Source: Mobula hypostoma (taxonomy: Eukaryota). Taken from it: a DNA stretch of 64,000 nt. Shown one piece after another: positions 52,500 through 64,000 of this stretch. Position numbers and translations under genes: made by a program. The DNA lies in contig NC_086107.1 in assembly GCF_963921235.1 (NCBI RefSeq), positions 94,304,001-94,368,000 on the forward strand, written 5' to 3'. Under the pieces are notes generated by a model. It worked only from the letters and a program-made list of their open reading frames with translations, was not told where the DNA came from and made no database searches. Numbering within the stretch: the first letter of the stretch is position 1; every line of letters begins with the position of its first letter.

Positions 52500-52838
52500 G
52501 GTGGCAGGGTGTCCCTACCAAAGGAGGTGTAAGGTGCTCCTTCCCTCTGCTAGCCTGCAGGTCACCCATGGCAAAGGTGTAGCACCCCCCGGATCAGTGT
52601 CACATAAAGTAATGGGAGCAGGTAGTAAATGGTCGTATGAGCAGCTGGTGAATGTCACAAGTCCTAGTTATGCCACCACTGACGCCAGGCAATCTCTGAA
52701 GAGTATTGATAATGGCTGGGGTCACCCGTCTTGTAAAAACATTGCCCAGAAGGTAGCAATGGCAAACCACTTCCGTAGGAAAATTTGCCAACCATAATAA
52801 CCTACATCATACGACACGACATATAATGAACGAATGAA
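52500..52838 (+). repeat. RTE-related SINE-like repeat, copy 1
   Basis: Colinear with 62670-63033; 3' motif aatggcaaaccacttc. Confidence 0.7.
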
Positions 52839-53307
52839 CGTACTTTATGTACATACAATCAGTCTAGGTATATAAACTAATCTTACATATATACAGTCAG
52901 TTACTTGTACATTGTGTTTTATAGGATTATTCATTTATTATGTATTTATAGTGGGGGTTTTTTGTGTTCTTTTCGCTAATTGTGTTTTTTATGCTGAAGC
53001 GAATTTAGAGCAACAATCATTTCATTCTCCTTTACAATCATGTACTGAAGAATGACAATCAATCTTGTAGCTGGAAGTGCAATTTACTGTCAGTCTTTGA
53101 CTCAGTCTTCCCATGTTTACGATAACTTGTCAAAACTAAGTAAATTCATCCACAAACTTGCTCGGGCAGATCCTTCCTGACTTACCGATCCTGTTCTATA
53201 ACTGTTACAAATGTTCAAGTTGAATAAAGGGTCCCCCAAACCTATGAATTCTTATATCTGAATTAACATGCAAATGTTCAACTAAAATTTGAAAACTGAG
53301 TGAATCA

Positions 53308-53646
<339 letters not shown>

Positions 53647-53717
53647 CTATACATCCTTCCCGCTAATGATGGTTTGTTTGAATCTCGTCCCAGATCAACA
53701 AACTGAAAATTTTACTT

Positions 53718-54055
53718 ATGAGGGGTGATTGATAAGTTAGTGGCCTAAGGTAGAAGGAGTCAATTTTAGAAAACCTAGCACATTTATTTTTCAACATAGT
53801 CTCCTCCTACACATACACATTAAGTCCAGCGGTCGTGGAGCATACGGATCCCTTCTTTGTAGAAGTGGTCCACAGCAGGGGTGATTGATAAGTTCATGGC
53901 CTTAGGTAGAAGGAGATGAGCTATACAGCTCTTGTTACATGCACGTGCAGTTCAACTCTGAGTGAAAATGCAGAAAGTTTGAAGTTAATAACTTGTGGGT
54001 GCACTTTACATAATTTTCCTAATACGGTGGGGGGGGGGGAGGAGATTGATAAGTT
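53718..54055. mobile_element. Mariner-type non-autonomous element with reiterated terminal motif
   Basis: aggggtgattgataagtt occurs near 53721 and 53877, partially near 54045; lies about 140 nt upstream of the exon 17 acceptor. Confidence 0.65.
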
Positions 54056-54603
54056 CTAGTACCAATTGATTGGCGACAATAATAAAGTATAAAGTCTCCA
54101 AAACATTCAGCATTAGAACATCAACCATGTTCTAATACTGAATGTGTTGGAGACTTGTGGGTTTCCACAATTTAATTATACACTCAATGGTCACTTTATT
54201 GGGTGCCTCCTGAATGTACATTTGCAGTAATGAGGTGTACAGGGGATTCCTAAAAAAGTGGGCACTGCATGGCCAGTTAATTGCTAACCTCACCCAAACA
54301 GCCAACCAAGTGTGATGAAAAATCAAAAGATAAACTGGGAGGCACAAACAACAGTACAAACAGGAACAGGACTAATTAAATGCCTGACTAACCCCTCCTG
54401 CCTACACAATGCTTGCATCCCTCCATTCTCAGCATATTCACATTTCTCTCTTAGATCTTAAACACCTCTATTGTATCTACCTCTACATCACCCCAGGCAG
54501 CATATTCCAGGCACCCACCGCTCTCCGTGTGAAAAAAAAAGCTCGCCCTGAATATCTCCTTGGAACTTGCCTCCCTTCACTTTAAATGCATGCCCTTCAG
54601 AAT

Positions 54604-54701
54604 CATGTCCTGACGAAGGGTCTCGGCCTGAAACGTCGACTGCGCCTCTTCCTATAGATGCTGCCTGGCCTGCTGCGTTCACCAGCAACTTTGATGTGTG
54701 T
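54604..54701 (+). mobile_element. 98-nt hammerhead-only Penelope-derived insert with 11-bp TSD
   Basis: TSD CCCTTCAGAAT at 54593-54603 and 54702-54712; gtc-CTGACGA-agggtctcggcct-GAAACGTC-gac at 54607-54640; near identical to 44539-44633. Confidence 0.9.
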
Positions 54702-55417
54702 CCCTTCAGAATTAGGCATTTTGACCCTGGGCAAAGGGTCAGGAAATGGTACAGGCTCACTATTCTAAGGAAGATTTGTTCCACAGACCAACTTGAGAAA
54801 AAATGGAGACCAATGGGGAAAAATATTCACTTCCTTCACAACAAAAACCTCACCAGCCCAAAGAGTCAACTGTTTATTCATTTCCATGGATGCTGCCCGA
54901 CTTGCTGGGCTCCTCCAGCGTTTTGTGTGTGATCACGGCTTGTTTCACTTCCTTTTCGCCCCACCACCATGACAAGCCGAATTATATTTGGACATGACTC
55001 AAGACAGGCATCAATCCCTTAACAGAAATTATCTCAATAGACCCTGGTCTCAATAAGTAAGGATCAAATCAGAAGTACACCATCAAAAAGCGATAATATT
55101 TTGTGTAATACACAGGTTTAGGCCCAGTTTCTCCCTCCAGTGTCTTAGCTGTTTAAAACAAAAGACTACCCATCCCAAATATACAGGACATTAACCTGAA
55201 TTGCCAATCAATGCCCTTTGGAAAAGGAAGAGATAAGCTAAGATGTTTTCCACGGATAAAGGATAACATTATGGAGTGACAAGGCAAGCTGTGCTGTACA
55301 CCCTGCAACATCGAAGCGAGGAAAGATTTGTAGAACAGTTTAAGAGCTTTGAACAAAGAGAAACTACTTCCAATAGCTCAATAACCACAGATTTAATGTA
55401 CAAGGAATCTGCTACAT

Positions 55418-56372
55418 AATGCAGCATCTCCAAGTTTGCGGATGACCCGAAGCTGGGTGGCAGTGTTAGCAGCGAGGAGGATGCTAAGAGGATGCAGAGT
55501 GACTTGGATAGGTTGGGTGAGTGGGCAAATTCATGGCAGATGCAATTTAATGTGGATAAATGTGAAGTTATCCACTTTGGTGGCAAAAACAGGAAAACAG
55601 ATTATTATCTGAATGGTGGCTGATTAGGAAAAGGGGAGGTGCAACGAGACCTGGGTGTCATTATACACCAGTCATTGAAAGTGGGCATGCAGGTACAGCA
55701 GGCGGTGAAAAAGGCGAATGGTATGCTGGCATTTATAGTAAGAGGATTCGAGGACAGGAGCAGGGAGGTACTACTGCAGTTGTACAAGGCCTTGGTGAGA
55801 CCACACCTGGAGTATTGTGTGCAGTTTTGGTCCCCTAATCTGAGGAAAGACACCCTTGCCATAGAGGGAGTACAAAGAAGGTTCACCAGATTGATTCCTG
55901 GGATGGCGGGACTTTCATATGAAGAAAGACTGGATGAATTGGGCTTGTACTCGTTGGAATTTAGAAGATTGAGGGGGGATCTGATTGAAACGTATAAGAT
56001 CCTAAAGGGATTGGACAGGCTAGATGCAGGAAGATTGTTCCCGATGTTGGGGAAGTCCAGAACGAGGGGTCACAGTTTGAGGATAGAGGGGAAGCCTTTT
56101 AGGACCGAGATTAGGAAAAATTTCTTCACACAGAGAGTGGTGAATCTGTGGAATTCTCTGCCACAGGAAACTGTTGAGGCCAGTTCATTGGCTATATTTA
56201 AGAGGGAGTTAGATATGGCCCTTGTGGCTACGGGGGTCAGGGGGTATGGAGGGAAGGCTGGGGCGGGGTTCTGAGTTGGATGATCAGCCATGATCATAAT
56301 AAATGGCGGTGCAGGCTCAAAGGGCCGAATGGCCTACTCCTGCACCTATTTTCTATGTTCCTATGTTTCTAT
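55418..56372 (+). mobile_element. Young 5'-truncated CR1 LINE, same subfamily as 9198-12197
   Basis: 211-aa ORF 55639-56274; nearly identical in reverse complement to 9196-10133; (ttctatgt)n tail. Confidence 0.95.
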
Positions 56373-56569
56373 TACAGAAATACTGTTACTTTAGTCAATG
56401 TATTTGCTCCACTTCCCCACTTGCTCCAAAAAAAGTGAAAATCCAAGGGAATTCGTGTTAATTTATTGCTCCTACAGAATACACAGAGTTGGGATTTTTA
56501 TAATCTACAGTAGACAACACAAACATAGTGAAGACTGTTAGGTTAACCGGTTTATTTTATTTTATTAGA

Positions 56570-56960
56570 CTGGAGTTTAGAAGAATGAAGAAACCTACAG
56601 AATATTGAAGGCCCAAGAGAAGAGTGAATGTGGAGAGGATGTTTCCTATTGTGAGAGTCAAGCACCAGGGGCACAGTCTCAGAACAGAAGAACATCCCTT
56701 TAGAACAGAGATGAGGAGAAATTTCTTTAGCCACTGGATGGTGAATCTGTGGAATCTGTTGCCACAGATGACTGTGGAGGTCAAGTCATTGGGTATATTT
56801 AAAGCAGAGTTTGATAGGTTATTGATTGGGTGGGGGGGGTGAAAGGTTACAGGGAGAAGCCAGGAGAATCAGGTTCAAAGGGAAAACTAATCATCCATGA
56901 TCGAATGACAGAGCAGACAGAATGGGCCAAATAGCCTAATTCTGCTCCTAGGTCTTATGT
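56570..56960 (+). mobile_element. CR1 3' fragment (older)
   Basis: ERMFPIV..GHSLR..PFRTEMRRNFFS..VNLWN. Confidence 0.8.
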
Positions 56961-57076
56961 TTTTGATGAAAGCTGGAGGATTGTCATGTTAACCATGGGC
57001 AGACTTGATTCAATTTTCTTTACATGGTTTCAAAATGTCCACTAATTAGGCATTTCTTCCCCTCTGTTGTACTCAC

Positions 57077-57190
57077 TTTTTCCTTGCAGACAGGAGGTTT
57101 TCCAGTATTTCTGGAAGCAGTCCTTTTCTCACTGATGCCTTGACAAACTGATCCCCTGTCGGAGTCTTAATGAACTGGTCCGAAGAAAAA
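57077..57190 (-). CDS. POLD1: POLD1 internal exon (equivalent to human exon 16)
   Basis: [37 protein letters not shown]. Pyrimidine tract plus caaag acceptor, gtgagt donor, 114 nt, in frame with both neighbours (junction codons AA|T and AA|G). Confidence 0.96.
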
Positions 57191-57384
57191 CTTTGAAGGA
57201 GAGAAAAGTGAAAGAGGAGAAAGAAAAACCACAACACATTCAAATAAATCTCCATTAAAGAAAAGCAAGCTTCAAACCTTTACTATTACTTCAGCATCAT
57301 ATTCTTACCACCACTTATGATTCTATGCCTCAGTAAATTTATTAGCTAGATCCCCCAATCCCAAACACTATGTAGTTCCCCAAT

Positions 57385-60300
57385 GGCTGAGTGTGTTCCG
57401 TACAAAAGCTGCAAGGCTGGACAACATACCTGGTCGGGTGCTGAGGAATTGTGCGGCCCAGCTAACAGAAGTCTTAATGGACACCTTTAACATCTCTTAG
57501 CAACAGTCCACTGTCCCTACAAGCTTCAAGGCAACCACTATCATTTCAGTGCCCCAACAAAGTGACAATAACCAGCATAAACAATAACTGCCCAGTTGTA
57601 CTGACCTCTACCATCATATGCAGTGCTTTGAGAAAGCATTCAGCCGCCACAACTATTTTTACATTTTACTGTCACATTTTCTAAATTTAAAATATATTGA
57701 AGTAGGGTTTTTTGAGCTTATCTGCAAACTTTGTGCATTGTTTTAAATCCAAAACCTGTCAACAATTTACTAAAAATTAAAAATGAAAATGTTGAGTTTG
57801 AAAAAGTATTCAGCCCCTTTGTACTTACTATGCTAACTTTCCTCAGGTGTATATTACCTTATCAACTCATCCAAATTTATTGATGTAGAAAATTGGAGGG
57901 TCACCTGAATGAATACTGCCCCCCCCTTCTCTAAGGTCCAACAGTTCAAACCACTATGAAGACAAAAGAGCATTCAAGGCAAGCCAGGGAAATTATAATA
58001 GAGGCATAAATCTGGGGAAGGGTACAAGACCATCTTAAAGACACTGAACGTACCTCACAGTTCAGTGCAATCCATCATGAAAAAGTAGAAAAATATGAAA
58101 CCACAGTCACACTGCTTAGATCAGGGTGCCCCCTCTAAACTTAGTCACCAGAGAAGAATGGCTCTTGTACGAGATACTATTATGACAGCAACAGTCACTC
58201 TAAGTGAGCTGCAGAAGTGAATGGCTGCAAATAAAGATGAAGTTCGTTGCTCCACAACCTCCAAGACATTGCACAGAAAGGGAATTTATGAAAGAGTAGC
58301 AAGGAAGAAGTCCTGCCTTAAATAAAAGCATATCCTTGCCTATAAAGACTTTGCAAAGCGTCACTTAGAAGATGCTGTAAAGTTGTGGAAGAAGGTTTTG
58401 TGGTCGGATAAGATTAAACTGGAACCTTTTGACCTCAACATTAGGTGGGATGTGTGGCATAAAATCTAATACTGCACGTCTACCAGGTAACACCTTCCCT
58501 ACGGGTCTGGAAATCAGATCAAGATTAATGGGAAGATGAATGCTGCTAAATACAGGGAGATCTTGGATTAAAACCTGCTAGCCTCTACCAGAAAGCTTAA
58601 ACTGGGAAGTTCATCTATCAGCAGGACAAGGACCCAAGGTTGCCAGAACAACCAAAGAGTGGCTTCAAATGAAGAAAATTGATGTCCTTGAGTGGCCCAG
58701 TCAGAGTCCCACCCTTAACCCGATCAAGCATCTCTGGCATGACCTCAAGATTGCTGTCTGCTGCCACTCCCCAGCAAACCTGTCATAGCTTGAGCAATTT
58801 TGCAATGAGGAATGGGCAAATCTTCCTCCATCACATCAGACAAAGCTAATAGAGACTTAACCAAAAAGACTACTGGCTGTGATCGCTGCGAGAGGTGATT
58901 CAACTAAGTACAGAGCAAAGGGGGATGACTACTTGTGAAATGCTAATATTTCAGTTTTTGGATATTTAGTTTTCCATGCTTTTTCGATTTTTCCTGGTTT
59001 CTTTTTTTTTTGGACTATACTGTGAAGAAAAGAGCATGTGATAAAAATTCTCAAGTCATATTAATCAAAATCCCTGGTTGTAATACTGATTCATATGAAC
59101 AAAGGGTTGGGGGCTGAATACTTCTACTAGACACTGTAGTGTTTTGAGTGGCTGGTAATAGATCGTAGAAAATCCCACCTTCCAGCCACATTATACTCTT
59201 TCTAGATCTCCTGCTGCTCAAACCGGTCCACCAATGATGCCATAGCCCAGAGACATTCTGCCCTGTCTCACCTAGAAAACAATGCCTGATACACCAGGTT
59301 GTTCATCAACTTAACATGATCATCCCTCTGAGGCTGGTGGGTGAGCTGAGTTCATAGGGACTTAACACCCTCTCTGTAGCTGGATCTTGGACGTCTTGAC
59401 AGAAAGACCCCACTCAGTCCGATTGGGAGCAGCATCTCAAGCTCCACCACTCTGAGCACTGGTGCCCCCTTCCCACCCCCACCCCCCCAGGGGCCTGCTG
59501 CTGTGCACACTGCTGACTCACGAGTGCACTCCCAGACTCAGCTCAAATCACATCAGGTTCGCTTACAATACATCCTCAACAGCAACAATGATGGGCCGAC
59601 AGAGAGGAGGTAGAGAGGCTTATCAAATGGTGCGAGAACGACGACCTGAATCTCAACATGGACAAGACAAGAGAGATGATTGTGGACTTTAGGTAGGCAC
59701 AAGTCAACCACTCTCCACTGCATATCAATGGCTCTGCCGTGGAGAGAATGAAGAGCAAAAAGTCCCTTGGTGTGCATATTAAGGATGATCTAACCTGGAT
59801 CACAACACCTCGTCATTAGTTATGAAGGCACAGCAGTGTCTGCACTTTGAGGAGATTAAAGTGTACAAGGCTCCCTGCCCCCAATCCAACAGCTTTCTAC
59901 ATGAGCACCATCAAGAAGTCCTGTCTGGTTGCATCATTGTGTGATATGGAAACTGTCAGGCAACAGACTGCAAAAGCCCTACAGAGGATAGTAAAAACAC
60001 TGAGGGAATTTCGGGGGTCTTCCTCCTCCCTATTTGTGACATTCACCAGGAGCATTGTATACAAAGGGCCCAAAGCATTGCTGAGGATCCCTACCATCCA
60101 TCGCACAATCTCTTTGACCCACTACCATCGAGAGGTACAAGAGCACCACGGCTAGGACTGCCAGACTGGGTAACAGCTTTTTCCCCTCAGGCTGAGACTA
60201 ATGAATACCCCGCCATTACCAAGGTCTCATCACCAGGACAGCAAGCTGTTCACCTGTGCTGCGCACTACATACACTTTGAATTATATTTTATTAACATTA

Positions 60301-60440
60301 TTATTAATTATATTTTATTATGTGGTAATATTTTGCTCTATGTGATATATATCTTGTGGCTGCACAGTGGTCCAGAGGAACATTGTTTTGTCTGGTTGTA
60401 TGCATTTACAGTAAGATAAGAATAAACCTGAACTTGACTT
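57385..60440 (+). mobile_element. Rex1/Babar-type LINE split by a Tc1 insertion
   Basis: DNIPGRVLRNCAAQLTEVL..FNIS before 57620; RT sequence resumes after 59138. Confidence 0.8.
57621..59136 (+). mobile_element. Tc1 DNA transposon with pseudogenised transposase (about 57956-58910)
   Basis: TIRs CAGTGCTTTGAGAAAGCATTCAGCC and GGCTGAATACTTCTACTAGACACTG|TA; MKTKEHSRQARE start, VLWSD, QQDKDP, WPSQSP.LNPI.HLW, STKY; multiple stops and frameshifts. Confidence 0.9.
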
Positions 60441-61625
60441 GCAGCTGAAAAAAAAGCTCAAAAATCTCTTTAGATCTTTTCTTTGTCAAATTAGCTTATT
60501 TCAAGAAAGGTGACGGGTCTCAATAACTAATTGAAGCAATTTTGGATGAAGGAGAGTTGTTGATTGATGGCTTGTTTTGTTTTGTGAGCATCACAGCACA
60601 CTTGCAACCACTTTTACATTGTAAACACATGCTGAAATATTTGTATTTATGCACATTTTATTGCATATCTGTATTTCTAACTTTATTTTTTGTATAATTC
60701 TTTATCATTGTTGAATATTGATTTTGTATGTTCTATATCACGCTCTGACCAACAAACCACAGCAAATTCCTAGTACGTGCAAATTCTGGTTTTCCTCATT
60801 TCAACCTCAGACAGGTGACAGAGAAGACAAAGTGATCAACAATGGTGGATGAGTACTGTTTGATCTTTTGCATGTATTTAAAGCTGCTAAGTGAGTAGTT
60901 ATCCAGTACTGGTGATGATGGAAACATGCTTCGGAAGTCCAGAAGTCAAGTCCAGCTGGCCAGAGGCAAATCTGCAAATCTCTGGGGAAGATGAAGCCTA
61001 ATGTCTGGAGGCCAGAGTCAGAGTCCACTGGAGGATGGAGACTGAAGAAGATGGCTTGCCCTGGGGTTAAATCACTGTGGACATGTGTGGGTGGGAGGGA
61101 TGAACAGGATTTGTTTTGTTGCCTGTGATGTTCTGAGTTGTTCTTCTGAGCATTACGGGCATGCTATGTTGGGGCCCAGAAAGTACAGTGACGCTAGTGG
61201 TCTACCCCACCAGCACATCCTCCTGTACGACAACATCTCACTCCTCAACTGAAATCACTTTTTAACACAAATGATATACTTCACCGCACATTTCAATTTT
61301 TATATGATGAATAAACTTGAACCTTGTATACGGCAAATAAAGTTGCTGAGCTCTGACCAGGCTTGTCAGTCAAGGCACCAACAATCGACTAGGAGAATGA
61401 AGAATGGGTGTTTGAGTGGGGCTCTGGGGTCAGCACTCTCAGATATGACAGGGAAGAAACACCCATAACAGGGACAGGTGAACAGCTCATCAGAAATTTA
61501 CTTCTGGCCAAGCCAAGTCTATAAATCAACTCAATCATCGCTTGCAAATTGCCATCTTTGAAACAGCTTGTGTTTCAAATCTAATGTTATTTATGTAATA
61601 TTTATTATATTTTTTCTATACTCAC

Positions 61626-61742
61626 TTGTATTTCTCCACAGCACCGGGCTTCAGTAGAGTGGTGTAACATAAGTTATGTGCCATCATTATGGATGGGTAC
61701 AGGGAGGAAAAATCCAGAGTAGCTATGGGAACATCATAATAA
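61626..61742 (-). CDS. POLD1: DNA polymerase delta catalytic subunit, internal exon (equivalent to human exon 15, motif A)
   Basis: Not in the ORF track; translated by hand: [38 protein letters not shown]. Acceptor ttctacag, donor gtgag, 117 nt, phase 2-2. Confidence 0.96.
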
Positions 61743-61859
61743 CTGTAGAAGAAAAGCAAAATTAAACAAAACTTAATCTAGTTTTAAATTTCAATATTTT
61801 AAAGAAACACCAAATTAAGGACTTCAGGGGAGAGATATGTCGTTTTGCATTCCATTCCT

Positions 61860-62560
61860 ATTCACATCAATGGTTCGGAGGTCAAGAGGGTTGAGAGTTT
61901 CAAGTTTCCAGGAGTAAACATCACTGATATCTTAGTCCTGGTCCAATCACACAGATGCCATGGTCAAGAAAGCTCAACAGTGCCTTGACTTCCTCAATAG
62001 CTAAAAAAATTGGCACAGCCCCTTTGACCCTCACCAGTATTTTACTGATGCACCACAGATAGCATCCTACCTAGATCACCTACTTGGTACGGCATCCGTT
62101 CTGCCCAAGATCTCAAGAAACTGCAGAGTTGCAGACATAGACCAGGACATCATGAAAATCAACCCCTCCACCAATGAATTCTGTCTATATTTCACACACC
62201 CTCAGTAAAGCGGCCAACATAATGAAAAACCCCACCTAACCCACTATTCCTCTTCACCTTCCTCCTACGGGGCAGAAGATACAAAAGCTCAGGCCACCAG
62301 ACTCAAGGACAGCATTTATACCTCAGATGGTGAGGTTAACAGTCCATCTTATTGAACTAGGGGTCTGTTCATAAGACTACTGAACAGTCCCCTAGTTCCA
62401 TAAGATGGACTATTAACCTCACAATCTGCCTCACTGTTACGATCTTGACCCTTGTCAGCCTGCACTGTGCGCTTTCTATGTAACTGTAACACTTTATTCC
62501 GCATTCTGTTACTGCTTTTCTGTGTACTACTTCACCTTGACATAGGCTATACATAAGGCT
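61860..62560 (+). mobile_element. Rex1/Babar-type 3' fragment
   Basis: INGSEVKRVESFKFPGV remnant and typical downstream sequence. Confidence 0.7.
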
Positions 62561-62669
62561 ACACAGAAAAGAAACAACAGAGGAATTGAAGATGATACAA
62601 GGATAGTGTTCCTATGATTTAATGTCTTAAAATCCCTAACTCATTCCGTTCAATCTGTATATATCCCCA

Positions 62670-63033
62670 CCCGAGTGGTAGGGTGGAGATATGTCTCTAC
62701 TAAAGGAGGTGTCAGACGCTCCTTCCCTCCACTAGCCTGCAGTTCACTCTTGGACAAGGTGTAGCACCTGCTTAGCCCTTTGATCAGGGTCATGTGAAGC
62801 CATGGGAGCAGGTGGTGGACAGTCGTATGAGTAACCAGTGTACATGACAATTCCTGGTTATGCAACCACTGACGTCAGGCAAACAATCTCTGAAGAGTAT
62901 TGATAATAACTGGGGTCACCCGTCTTGTAAAGACACTGCCCAGAAGGCAGCAATGGCAAACCACTTCTGTAGAAAAATCTGCCAAGGACTATCATGATCA
63001 CTATGATCACCTACATCATATGACGACGACGAC
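62670..63033 (+). repeat. RTE-related SINE-like repeat, copy 2
   Basis: Colinear with 52500-52838. Confidence 0.7.
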
Positions 63034-63381
63034 ATCCCACCCCTCACTTCGAGACCAATCCAAAATGTGATAGCAAAGACTGAACACAGTACCACAGATA
63101 AGAATCAGGATATGGTTCTATGCAAATGATGCTGAACATTCTCTGTTTTAAATGTCAGCACCCTTAACACAATACTCAACACTATGTGAGCACTTGCCTT
63201 ACTTTGGCTGTGTTGCAAATACCGAATTTTCATGACTCCTTGTGTATTTCTAACAAGCACCAAGTGAGTTTAACAGTCGTGGTAAAGGGATAGCTATGAG
63301 TTTAGCAAAGAATGACTTACACAAACAGCCAAGGAATTAACAAAGATGCATCTGTGGTACTGAAGTTATGGGCAACACTAA

Positions 63382-64000
63382 GGCTACGCCCACACTAGAC
63401 TGGATAATTTTGAAAACGCTGGTTTCGAGTAAAAATGATAGGCATCCACACCAGGTGTTTTTGAAAATACCTCCGTCCACATTAAAACGGGTATTTGAGC
63501 GAATCGCCTCCTACTGGGCATTCGCAGGACACATCTACAGAAAGCAAGCGAAGAGGAAACGGTACACTTGGTGCACGTTTCTACATACGAGAAGAACTTA
63601 AAAGGAAATTGCCAAAGGACGGACAGCTGTTGGCTCTCGCGCAGGAGGACTTAAAACTAAAAAAACAAATACTGGAGCGTATGGAGGCAACCGACAGGGA
63701 GTTCATGGACAGTATGACCCAGCTGACAACGAACATTGAAAAACTGACTAACTCTGTTGCAGAGGGATTTGCAATGATGAGGAATACGATGGCTCCCCCC
63801 CAGTACTTTTCGCCACCACAATAGCAGCCTCACAGCCACTACAATAGCTATACATACAGACACGCAGACCCCTGGGTGGCTCCACCAGCATCTTCCCTAC
63901 TCCCACAGAGGGGTCACCCTGGAAACATTTCTCTTCACCGATGAAAGGGACAACAGGTTTGTTAAAACCTCCGGTTACCCCTGTACACACTATAATGCTC
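63382..64000 (+). mobile_element. PIF/Harbinger-type element (left end) with a coiled-coil ORF fragment; runs off the window
   Basis: TAA|GGCTACGCCCACACT terminus and tccacac subterminal repeats; the ORF LKRKLPKDGQLLALAQEDLKLKKQILERM...IEKLTNSVAEGFAMM is plausibly the C-terminus of the Harbinger accessory (Myb/SANT) protein. Confidence 0.72.

Overview
Vertebrate genomic DNA, not prokaryotic. The repeat content (CR1, Rex-Babar, Penelope, tRNA SINEs) looks like a cartilaginous fish, probably a ray; this is inference. The only host gene I can support is POLD1 (DNA polymerase delta catalytic subunit) on the minus strand: three GT-AG exons at 61626-61742, 57077-57190 and 53428-53575 (117, 114 and 148 nt, equivalent to human exons 15-17, polymerase motifs A and B). 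I found no further POLD1 exon in 1-53427 by manual scan, so most of the window appears to be one intron of more than 53 kb packed with nested transposable elements: CR1, Rex-Babar, L2, RTE, Hero and Penelope retroelements, a solo LTR, and hAT, Tc1/mariner, Tigger and PIF/Harbinger DNA transposons. The most interesting signal is a family of small Penelope-derived inserts carrying minimal hammerhead-ribozyme motifs (CTGAYGA-stem-GAAACGTC) with long target-site duplications (TSDs). It includes a 98-nt ribozyme-only insert and a 231-nt insert with a near-perfect 92-bp palindrome bearing a hammerhead on each strand. Most short ORFs in the track are spurious or transposon debris. Boundaries of degraded repeats are approximate, and family names come from recognising motifs, not from a database search.
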